A DNA stretch of 21,306 nt from Chthonomonadales bacterium (GTDB lineage Bacteria > Armatimonadota > Chthonomonadetes > Chthonomonadales > CAJBBX01). The position numbers and the translations under genes are program-made. Shown here piece by piece: positions 7,218 to 15,174 of this stretch (position 1 is its first letter; each line of letters starts with the position of its first letter). The stretch covers positions 1-21,306 of the forward strand of contig JBBIPC010000034.1 in NCBI GenBank assembly GCA_037443035.1. The letters run 5' to 3'. The notes beneath the pieces are model-generated. The model saw only the letters and a program-made list of their open reading frames with translations, searched no databases and was not told where the DNA came from.

Positions 7218-8882
7218 CTACTTCAGCCGCTCCCTCAGGGCTTGCTCCTTGGTTTCGTCCTTGAGGCGTCCCGTCTCGGTGAGGATGTGCGGCGTAACGA
7301 AGACAACGAGTTCCGAGTTGGTGCTGCTCGACTTCGTGCTCTGAAACAGCGCACCGAGGACGGGAATATCCCCCAGGATGGGCACTTTCGTTCGCGTCCG
7401 ATATTCCTGGCGCTGCGTCAGTCCTCCGATCATGATGGTCTCACCATCCTTCACGCGCACCGTGGTTTCTGCACGTCTCGTCGAGAGCACCGGCAGGCCG
7501 GTCTCGCGTTCCTGCTCGCTGATATTACTGACCTCTGGCTGCAGAGTGACAGTGATCTCCCCGTTGCCGCCAGTCCAAGGTCGCACTTGAAGCTTGACGC
7601 CAACGTCCACGCCTTGGATGTACTCCTGCTTCCCTCCGAAGGTGTTGACCGAGACCTTGATGAACTTGGTCTGGCCGATAAACAGGTCAGCCTGCTGGCC
7701 GTTCACTGCCGCCATGCGTGGGTTGGAGCGCACGCGAGCGCGTCCCGAGGCAACCAGTGCCCTGAGGTTGGCCTGGAACTCGGTGGGAAGCTGGCCGATG
7801 GTGCGATACGTGATGTCTCCAGTACCAGTGTCCATCGAAGCCGTCATCCGGTCATTCTGGAAGAAAGCTCCTAAGGCAGCATCGAGATCGCTCGTCGAGG
7901 CAACTTCGACTGCGAGCGCCTCGATCATGATCTGTGGCGGCGCGATGTCCACTTTGCCGAAGTCGGTGCGGATCTTGTCCAGCATGGGCGCCGGAGCCGT
8001 AACGACGACGGCATTCTGAGCCTCGTTCACATGGAGGAAGCTGTAGAGGAACGTCGGCAGGAGGCCGGATGCAGTCTGCGCCTTGATGTACTTCATCCGG
8101 AAGGATTCAGTGCTCGACAACCGGTAGGTGGCGAGATCCGACGGCGTGCCATCAGCGATCATGTAGACGCCGTCGTCAGTCTTGGCGTACGCCAAGCCAT
8201 AGCCGCTCGTAAGAGCGGTCAGCGTCTCATCCAGAGTGAGGTCCTCGAGCGTCACGGAGACTTCGCGGTCTTTCACGGTATCATCCGCGACCAGGCTGGC
8301 GCCTGTCTGCTGAGCCAGGCGCGCTAGGAGAGGCAGAAGCTTGGCACGCACCGCGTAGATGGAGATCTTGCCATCACGCACGACGACGTCCTCGCGAGTA
8401 CTGCCACCATTCGTCGAGCCAGAACCGGTGCCTGAGGGACGAGACGTGATGGTACGCTTCGAGTTCACCGTGATGACGATGCTCTGGCGATCGGTGCTCC
8501 GGTTGACATTCACGCTGGACGGCTCGTATAGACCGATGAGCATGACCACACCCACGCCCTCGACGGCGTCCTGGGGCACGGAGAGCTGCAGATAGCTGAC
8601 TGGGTACTTGCTCACGTCCAGGAACGTCTTGTTGATCAGTGACTTGGCGTTAGGGAACCGCATGGCGAGTCTGGTACTCTCGCCCCCATAGAAAGCGCTC
8701 CAGTTTCCGCCTTCAGGATCCCACTCGAGCACACCGTCGGCCTTGACAGTGATCTGGACGCCATTGCTGAGCTGCTGGCTCTCGATGGAGGTGATATTGC
8801 AGTAAGCCCGGTTCTGGCACGGTGCGGCCCATGGCAATAGCAGGATGCTCAGGATAGCGATGGGATGGCGAACTTGTCTCAT
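7218..8882 (-). CDS. Secretin (GspD/PilQ family) paralog C (554 aa)
   Basis: Signal peptide; extra N-terminal domain; STN/N0; one N3-like domain (AQNAVVVTAP...DIAPPQIMIEA); core with VRVKDGETIMIGGL and KVPILGDIPVLGALF...ELVVFVTPHIL. Confidence 0.93.
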   Translation of the reverse strand: MRQVRHPIAILSILLLPWAAPCQNRAYCNITSIESQQLSNGVQITVKADGVLEWDPEGGNWSAFYGGESTRLAMRFPNAKSLINKTFLDVSKYPVSYLQLSVPQDAVEGVGVVMLIGLYEPSSVNVNRSTDRQSIVITVNSKRTITSRPSGTGSGSTNGGSTREDVVVRDGKISIYAVRAKLLPLLARLAQQTGASLVADDTVKDREVSVTLEDLTLDETLTALTSGYGLAYAKTDDGVYMIADGTPSDLATYRLSSTESFRMKYIKAQTASGLLPTFLYSFLHVNEAQNAVVVTAPAPMLDKIRTDFGKVDIAPPQIMIEALAVEVASTSDLDAALGAFFQNDRMTASMDTGTGDITYRTIGQLPTEFQANLRALVASGRARVRSNPRMAAVNGQQADLFIGQTKFIKVSVNTFGGKQEYIQGVDVGVKLQVRPWTGGNGEITVTLQPEVSNISEQERETGLPVLSTRRAETTVRVKDGETIMIGGLTQRQEYRTRTKVPILGDIPVLGALFQSTKSSSTNSELVVFVTPHILTETGRLKDETKEQALRERLK

Positions 8883-10615
8883 TGGGGTGGCTCCGTCGGT
8901 CGTTCATCGAAGGACGCGGATCCCTCGACCGTTCTGACTGTCACGAAGATGGCCAGGCGGGATTCCCGTATCGCTCGGCCACGCGGGTAGGACCAAGAGC
9001 TGCCGAGCAGCGCTCGATTGCTTGCGTCTGTCTGGCTCATGTCGAGGCCGCCCACGAAGAGCGTCTCGCCTTCGTTCAGGCGAACGGTTGTCTCGGCGCT
9101 TCGCTGTGCGAGCGTAGGATTGCCAGTCACGCGCTCCGTCTCCACAACGTCGCTGGATTCGCTTCGCATGTGTGTGAGAATGACGCCGCGGCCGCTGGTC
9201 CACGGTGTCACTTCGAGCGTAGTACCGTAACGCACCGTCAGGATGCGCGTCTCGAGGCTATTGGTCCAGAAATCGAAGTACTGGGCGGCGATCTGCTTCG
9301 TCCTGCCAAGGAACAAGCGCGCCGTGCGCCCGTTGAGCACCACGGTCCGACTCTGAGAACGGAGGTGCACGCGCCCACGGGTCTCGAGTGCCCTCAGCGT
9401 CAGGGCCAGTTCCTGGGGCGTCGCGGATACCGACGAGAATACGATGTCGCTCATGTCGGCCAAGCTCGTAGTGCCCCCTTTCCAGATGAACCGTGCTCCG
9501 AGAGCTTGGATGAGGTCCGAGGTTGTCTGGAACTCCGCAACGGTAGTCGTTACCTCGACGGCAGGTACGGGCTGATCCAACTGCTCGAGGTCCCTCCGTA
9601 CCTTGTCCACCATCTCCGGGCTACCCACCACCGTCAGAGAGTTCCGACCTGGATCTACCTGCACGTGGGCAAGCAACAGATCCGGGAGACTGTCCCTTGC
9701 AGCACTGGCAGTGATGTAGCGCAGGGGGATCTCGGCGAACGAGCTGCCGTAGTACGCCGAGGTATCGCTGATGCTACTGTCCGCCAGGTAGTAGCCGCCA
9801 TCACGAGGTACTAGGGACGCCCCGCATGTCATGGCTATACAGCGCAGCGCTTCCTCCAGCGGAGCGATGTCCAACGACACGCTCACCGATCGGTCCAGGG
9901 TTCCTGCTGCCGTAATCGAGACACCTGCGGCCCGACCTATCTCCCGCATGAGGTCCTGGATGCCGATATCTCGCGCATAGATGCTGATCAGCCCTCGCTC
10001 GCTGGTAACCTGGAGCACGGCGCGGGCGGGATCTGGGACTCGTCTCGGAGGCGCTGGCGGAAGCGTTCGGCGGTCGCTCGTGACGAGGATGATGATCGCT
10101 CGTCGGTCCTGACTCTGCTCGATGCTGATGAACGGTGGGCTCTCGCCGGTGGCATCGAAGCTCCACCGGTCGCCCGGGAGCCGCACTTCCCGCGTCATGG
10201 CAGGCTTGTAGAGGACCACACGGATGTGCACCCCGATGCCCTCAACGGCCTCCGGCGGTACCGTGACCTCTACATGACTGACAGGGTAAATGCCGATGTT
10301 GGCAATACTACCCACCTGGGAGCGAGCGTTCCAGATGCGGATGGGGATCTCGGTGATGCGCTTGCCCATCTTGTCTCGCCGGCCCATGCGCGCAGCGTCC
10401 ACGTTGAAGAGATCCCTCGATTGAATGTCCGGTGCCATGAGGCCGTCGGCCTTGATCGTCACCTGGACGGCATTGGTGAGCCGTTTCGATTCCACCGCCG
10501 TGATGTTGCAGTAGGCACGCTGCATGTACACGCGACCCTGGCCACCAGCGATGGCCGGAAGCAACAAAACCATCGCCGCGGCTGCCCGGGCCAACGTGGA
10601 GATCACAGCGCGCAT
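8879..10615 (-). CDS. Secretin-family paralog B with degenerate C-terminus (578 aa)
   Basis: ATG 10615 is 1 nt after the upstream TAG (alternative start 10642). Same layout as paralog C (RNSLTVVGS, VRLNEGETLFVGGL, LAIFVTVR), but the KVPxLGDIP motif is absent. Confidence 0.88.
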   Translation of the reverse strand: MRAVISTLARAAAAMVLLLPAIAGGQGRVYMQRAYCNITAVESKRLTNAVQVTIKADGLMAPDIQSRDLFNVDAARMGRRDKMGKRITEIPIRIWNARSQVGSIANIGIYPVSHVEVTVPPEAVEGIGVHIRVVLYKPAMTREVRLPGDRWSFDATGESPPFISIEQSQDRRAIIILVTSDRRTLPPAPPRRVPDPARAVLQVTSERGLISIYARDIGIQDLMREIGRAAGVSITAAGTLDRSVSVSLDIAPLEEALRCIAMTCGASLVPRDGGYYLADSSISDTSAYYGSSFAEIPLRYITASAARDSLPDLLLAHVQVDPGRNSLTVVGSPEMVDKVRRDLEQLDQPVPAVEVTTTVAEFQTTSDLIQALGARFIWKGGTTSLADMSDIVFSSVSATPQELALTLRALETRGRVHLRSQSRTVVLNGRTARLFLGRTKQIAAQYFDFWTNSLETRILTVRYGTTLEVTPWTSGRGVILTHMRSESSDVVETERVTGNPTLAQRSAETTVRLNEGETLFVGGLDMSQTDASNRALLGSSWSYPRGRAIRESRLAIFVTVRTVEGSASFDERPTEPPQ

Positions 10616-10616
10616 G

Positions 10617-11942
10617 CTACGGCCTGGCTTGCCGCCGATCATCGTCCTTCAGAATCCCTTCGTACTTCTTCTCATCTTCGGGCGGAAGGTGACCGGTCTG
10701 GGACAGGATGCGAGGTGTAACGAAGATGGCTAGCTCTGTTGTAGTCTCCCGGTTGTCAACAGAGCGAAACAAAGGACCGATTATAGGCAGATCGCCGAGG
10801 AGCGGGATCTTGGTGCGCGTGCGGCGAGACTCCTCCTGAAGGAGCCCTCCGATGATGACTGTCTCGCCGTCGCGGACTCTGACCGTCGTGTTGGCGCGAC
10901 GAGTGCTGCGGTCGGGAAGGCCGGTTGTAGGATCAGGAGCGCTCAGGACGCTGATCTCTGGCCTCACATCCACGATGATCTCGCCCTGGCCGCCTGTCCA
11001 TGGGGTCATGACGAGGCGTACTCCAGCGTCAATGGCATTGCTCTGGGTCATGCCCGCGTATTCATCCTCGCCCCGCGGCATGGCCACAGGCGTGCTGAGG
11101 TAGCGCTGCTTGCCGATAAAGATCGTGGCCCGCTGTCCGCTTACGGTCGCAATGCGCGGGCTTGCCTTGACCCTCGCCTTGCCGGCGGTGACGAGTGCTT
11201 TCAGATCAGCGCTGAACGAATTCGGCAGCGTCACGAGCGTGTGGTAGAAAACGGTGCCCGTACCCGCATCTACAGCCACCTGACGCGTGGCATTCGTCCA
11301 GTCCCACCGGAGACCGAACTCCTGCGCGCCCGTATCGGTGAACTCAACCATGAGCACTTCCAACAGTATCTGCGAGGCTGGAATGTCGAACTGCTTGATA
11401 TCCTCGGCGAACTTACGGAGCACGTCGGTGGGTGCCGAGAGAATGACAGAGTTCTGCTCCTGGTTGGTTTTCACGTGGTCCTGCAGGAACACCGGCAATA
11501 AGGACTTGGCGTCCGGCGCGAGGACGTATTGGGTGCTGATTGCCGCGATATCGCTCAGCAGATAGGATGAGGGGCTTCGGGGAATGCCCTCGCTGACCAT
11601 GAAGATGCCGTTGACTTCTTTGCACGACAGCCCATAGGCGGCGACGATGGCGGCCAGAATCTCCGTGGCCTTCTTGTTGACGAAGTGGACCGTTAGACTC
11701 CGTCGCACAGTGTCATCCACAATGACGCGCAGGCCGGTCTTCCTGGCAAGTGTTGTGAGAACGTCGTGGGCATCCACGCTCACGGCGTGAAGGGAGACGC
11801 CTTCAGGCGCAATCGTCACCTCTACGCTTGTGCGTTCGGCGCTTCCGGTTGCAGCTGCAGGGGGCGTATCGTCCCGAGCAAGAGCTGGCAGGGTACAAAT
11901 CAGAACTACGGTGGCGCACAGAATGCGCACGGCATCGGGCAT
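10617..11942 (-). CDS. Secretin (GspD/PilQ family) paralog A (441 aa)
   Basis: GGAGGT RBS before ATG 11942; signal peptide ending ALA; STN + N3 + core VRVRDGETVIIGGL, KIPLLGDLPIIGPLF...ELAIFVTPRIL. Confidence 0.93.
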   Translation of the reverse strand: MPDAVRILCATVVLICTLPALARDDTPPAAATGSAERTSVEVTIAPEGVSLHAVSVDAHDVLTTLARKTGLRVIVDDTVRRSLTVHFVNKKATEILAAIVAAYGLSCKEVNGIFMVSEGIPRSPSSYLLSDIAAISTQYVLAPDAKSLLPVFLQDHVKTNQEQNSVILSAPTDVLRKFAEDIKQFDIPASQILLEVLMVEFTDTGAQEFGLRWDWTNATRQVAVDAGTGTVFYHTLVTLPNSFSADLKALVTAGKARVKASPRIATVSGQRATIFIGKQRYLSTPVAMPRGEDEYAGMTQSNAIDAGVRLVMTPWTGGQGEIIVDVRPEISVLSAPDPTTGLPDRSTRRANTTVRVRDGETVIIGGLLQEESRRTRTKIPLLGDLPIIGPLFRSVDNRETTTELAIFVTPRILSQTGHLPPEDEKKYEGILKDDDRRQARP

Positions 11943-11993
11943 GGGGACACCTCCGGAGAACTTGCGCACGGGGCGTAGCATTACTGTCAAGGC

Positions 11994-12039
11994 AGTATAC
12001 CGGAAAGGATGGGCGACCCAAGGCTTCCGCGGAAAGGAT
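11994..12039 (-). promoter_or_regulatory. Putative promoter of the secretin operon with a 10-bp direct repeat
   Basis: Minus-strand TATACT (11999-11994) preceded 16 nt upstream by TTGGGT; perfect repeat ATCCTTTCCG at 12001-12010 and 12030-12039. Confidence 0.35.
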
Positions 12040-12069
12040 ACTGCGACGGGAGGTCCAGACCCTTGAGGT

Positions 12070-12825
12070 TCAGGAGGGGGGTGACCGCCTTGCCAGACGG
12101 CGTCGGATGAGGGCGATGGTAACCACGACCGGCAGCCACACCGGCGTCCAGACGCCCAACCATATGATCTACGACCACACACTGCGGGCGAATGCAACCA
12201 AGCTCCGCACTGCGGCAGAGGCAACCTCTCCACTGCTGTAGCTCTCGGGTGGTACCGCAGGCCCTGGCCTTGCCTGTTCGCGGCACGTGACAGTGGTCGT
12301 GGAGAAGGCGACGTTGTGCCTGAGATAGCGCATTCGACCCTCGTACTGCTCGATCTCGAGGCGAACTCTTGCGAGCTCCCGTTCTACTGCCAGCGTGTCC
12401 GCTAGCTTGCCCGTCCGGGCGAGGTGCGAGAGCAGGCGCTCCTCGGTCCGTTTCAGGTTGCGGAGCCTGGCCTCGACATCCAGGAACTCCTCCGTGACGT
12501 CCTGGGTCCCGATGTGACGAGTAAGGACGGTACCCAGTTTCTCGATACTCCGCATCAGGTCGTCGAAACGCTCAGCAGGGATGCGGAGCTGCACCGTCAC
12601 CGAACGAACTCCGAGGGGATCCATATCCTCCGTCGTTTCTCCAACGTAGCCGCCCAGTTGCTGGGCCGCCGCGCCCATGGCATCTGCTGCCTTTCGGGAA
12701 TCCCTCGTCTCGATCGCGATGAGAGCACCGGACAACTGGGCCGTCTCCTCGGGTGCCCGCCGTTGGCAGCCACCGTTGAGAGCCAGCAATCCAAGGAACA
12801 TCGACAACAACACATGCCTTGCCGT
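12070..12825 (-). pseudogene. DUF4349-family lipoprotein, disrupted (ACG start and in-frame TAG)
   Basis: QLGGYV, LRIPAERFD, QDVTEEFLDVEARLRNL and VERELARVRLEIEQYEGR match DUF4349. In-frame TAG at 12171-12169 is followed by the expected TM helix up to TGA 12072-12070. The AGGAGGT RBS points at an in-frame ACG (12825). Confidence 0.75.
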
Positions 12826-12891
12826 CGCGCAGACCTCCTGTCTACGCTGTCTAGGACGCTACCTTGGTCCCGTGGGTTTCACAGAGACAGT

Positions 12892-13899
12892 TCAGGGATA
12901 GACAGGCGCCTCAGTCCGACCGCTAGCCGCAGACCTTTCCGCGGCCTCGAAAACGGCTATGGTTCGGCGTGCCTCCTCGGGCTTTACCGCGAGTTCCGCA
13001 CCGTTCTGGAGATGCGCGACGATATTCCGGTAGTAAGCGCCCCAGTCCGTCTTCTTGTAAGGTACTCGCACCGCAGCCGGTAGCTCCCCGTAGGCGACGT
13101 TCATGGTGAATGCATCGCCACCTTCGTCCACGATGGCTCCCTTCGTCCCAAGAATGCGCCACCGTGGCTTAGGGGCTCGGCTGATGTTGCTGAGTTCCAG
13201 GTCGGCTGTAGCTCCATTCGCGAACCGCACCGTTGCCCGGACATGGTCTTCGTTGGTGGCATCCATCCAGACGCGCTTCTGGAAGTACCCGTTGACACCA
13301 ACCATGGGCGACTGGATCAGATTCAGGATCCAGTCCATGAAGTGCGCGCCCCAGTCGTACATGGCGCCGCCCGAGATTCGCTTGTCGGCTCGCCACCACG
13401 TGCCTGGATGTCCGTAACCGCCACCGTACGCCTCGATCTGGAACACGTCGCCGATCATGCCGCGCTCGATCACTTCGCGGAGTGCGAGAAAATCACCATC
13501 ATGACGCCGGTTGTGGAAAACCGTGAGCATGACGTTGTTTCGCTGGGCTGCTTCGATCATGGCATCCGCCTCGGCCACCGTGATGCACATGGGTTTCTCC
13601 ACCACGACGTGCTTCCCAACTTCGGCGCAACGGATGCCCACTTCGGCATGAAGATTGTGTGGCAGAATCACCACGCAGAGGTCCACGTCGTCATCCTTCA
13701 GAAGATCGGCGACATCGGTATAGGTTCGAATGCCGGGGAAGTCACGTCTGGCTGCCTCCATGCGTTCCGCGTCTACGTCGCAGGCAGCGATCGTCTGCAT
13801 CCCAGCCTCGTTCATCCAGTTGGCATGTGCGCGTCCCATGTTGAACGCGCCGCCGTAGCCAATGACAGCCGATCGAATCGGCCTCTCTTGCATGCTCAC
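12892..13899 (-). CDS. Gfo/Idh/MocA family oxidoreductase (335 aa)
   Basis: VIGYGG, PHNLH, KHVVVEKPM, VFHNRR and GGAMYDWGAHFMD motifs. Confidence 0.93.
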   Translation of the reverse strand: MSMQERPIRSAVIGYGGAFNMGRAHANWMNEAGMQTIAACDVDAERMEAARRDFPGIRTYTDVADLLKDDDVDLCVVILPHNLHAEVGIRCAEVGKHVVVEKPMCITVAEADAMIEAAQRNNVMLTVFHNRRHDGDFLALREVIERGMIGDVFQIEAYGGGYGHPGTWWRADKRISGGAMYDWGAHFMDWILNLIQSPMVGVNGYFQKRVWMDATNEDHVRATVRFANGATADLELSNISRAPKPRWRILGTKGAIVDEGGDAFTMNVAYGELPAAVRVPYKKTDWGAYYRNIVAHLQNGAELAVKPEEARRTIAVFEAAERSAASGRTEAPVYP

Positions 13900-13922
13900 G
13901 TTTTTTTCTTCCTTTCGAATAG

Positions 13923-14132
13923 CTATTCACTCAGGATGTCGCGGAGCCGCTTGGCCTTGCTCGCGCCATCGGCGGCCCTTGTCTTCGCTGCCTCGATGTC
14001 CTCCCAGGGGACAACGAAGCGTGTAACCCCCTCTATGTCCAGACCTTTGAGGTCCAGGGTGAGATAGCCGTCTGTGTCCACTTTGCCGTCGAAGACAGTG
14101 GTGAACCCCAATCGCTCTGGTGGGAAGCGCAT
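13923..14132 (-). CDS. Hypothetical small protein (69 aa)
   Basis: Strong RBS AAGGAGGAGG before ATG 14132; ends 23 nt before the oxidoreductase start; MRFPPERLGF...RDILSE. Confidence 0.65.
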   Translation of the reverse strand: MRFPPERLGFTTVFDGKVDTDGYLTLDLKGLDIEGVTRFVVPWEDIEAAKTRAADGASKAKRLRDILSE

Positions 14133-14314
14133 CGCATTCCTCCTCCTTCCGTTCAGCGTCTCATCGCAGGATTTCCATGCGTTGGGCCGGTAATCCTTGT
14201 TACCGATGCGACCAACGGACGTCAGTAAGGCTAGAGCAATACCAATGCCACCGATGGGTGCACGGTGGTGCATGAACCTATGTCGCACCCGCAACAACAG
14301 GGAGGGATAGAAGG

Positions 14315-15082
14315 ATGAGACGACTGAGCGTCTCGCTGAGCATGGCGGCCGTGCTGGTCACTACGGCGACGCTTGCCATGGCGCAGGGACCCGGCGGTCC
14401 GGGTGGTCCTGGCGGCCGACGGATGGGCGGCTTTGGTATGCAGGGCGGCATGATGGGTGGCGGTCTGATGCTCCTCCGCATGCCCGAAGTGCAGACAGAG
14501 CTGAAGATGACCCAGCCTCAGATCGCCAAGATTGACGAGGCACAGCAGACAGTGCGCGAGGCCATGCGGGAGGTTTTCCAGGGCGGCTTCCAGAACATGA
14601 CCCAGGAAGAGCGCCAGAAGGCCATGGCCAAGATCGAAGAGATCCAGAACAAGGCTGTCGCGAGCATTCTTGACCAGACCCAACTCAAGCGCTTCAAGCA
14701 ACTGGAGCTGCAGCGCGCTGGTGCAATGGCCCTGATGCGGCCGGCCGTGGCCAAGGAACTCGGGCTGACCGAGCAGCAACAGGCCAAGCTCCGCGAACTC
14801 CAGCAGAAGCAGATGGAAGATATGAGGGCGCTGTTCCAGGGTGGCGGTTTCCAGAACATGACTCCCGAAGAGCGACAGCAGCTCGGCCAGAAGATGCAGG
14901 AGATGCGGAAGAAGGCTGAGGAGGCTGCTCTGGGTGTCCTGACCGCCGAACAGAAGGCCAAGTGGACCGAGATGATCGGCAAGCCGTTCAAGTTCCCCGA
15001 GATGGGACCTGGCATGTTCGGTGGCCGGCGCAATCGGCCGGGCGGTGCGGGCGGCCCGGGTGGCAATAATCCGCCCGCTTAG
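14315..15082 (+). CDS. Periplasmic Spy/CpxP-like (LTxxQ) helical protein (255 aa)
   Basis: Signal peptide ending AMA-Q; Gly/Pro/Met-rich termini; LKMTQPQ, ILDQTQ, LGLTEQQ and VLTAEQ motifs; two internally repeated halves. Confidence 0.8.
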   Translation: MRRLSVSLSMAAVLVTTATLAMAQGPGGPGGPGGRRMGGFGMQGGMMGGGLMLLRMPEVQTELKMTQPQIAKIDEAQQTVREAMREVFQGGFQNMTQEERQKAMAKIEEIQNKAVASILDQTQLKRFKQLELQRAGAMALMRPAVAKELGLTEQQQAKLRELQQKQMEDMRALFQGGGFQNMTPEERQQLGQKMQEMRKKAEEAALGVLTAEQKAKWTEMIGKPFKFPEMGPGMFGGRRNRPGGAGGPGGNNPPA

Positions 15083-15106
15083 TCGCGATCACCACTAAGC
15101 ACGACA

Positions 15107-15141
15107 AGAGCGTGCCGGAGACTTCCCTTCCGGCACGCTCT
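15107..15141. terminator. Hairpin between convergent genes (likely terminator)
   Basis: AGAGCGTGCCGGA / TCCGGCACGCTCT, a 13-bp perfect stem with a 9-nt loop. Confidence 0.7.
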
Positions 15142-15174
15142 CTCTACGGCAGCTTCGAGCTAACAGCGGCGTCG

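Noticed and set aside
7218..11942. Calling the locus a type II secretion system or type IV pilus operon (gspD/pilQ symbols)
   Set aside because: No ATPase, platform protein, prepilin or peptidase is present, so the secretin subtype cannot be assigned from this window.
11943..12233. N-terminal extensions in the ORF track (also 1906-2091, 2700-3161, 14133-14297, 19393-19632)
   Set aside because: They overlap neighbouring genes or promoter regions; the downstream starts have an RBS, coupling junction or signal peptide.
14274..14300. ECF-sigma-like promoter (GAACCT) upstream of the Spy-like gene
   Set aside because: No convincing -10 element at the proper spacing; too weak to support.
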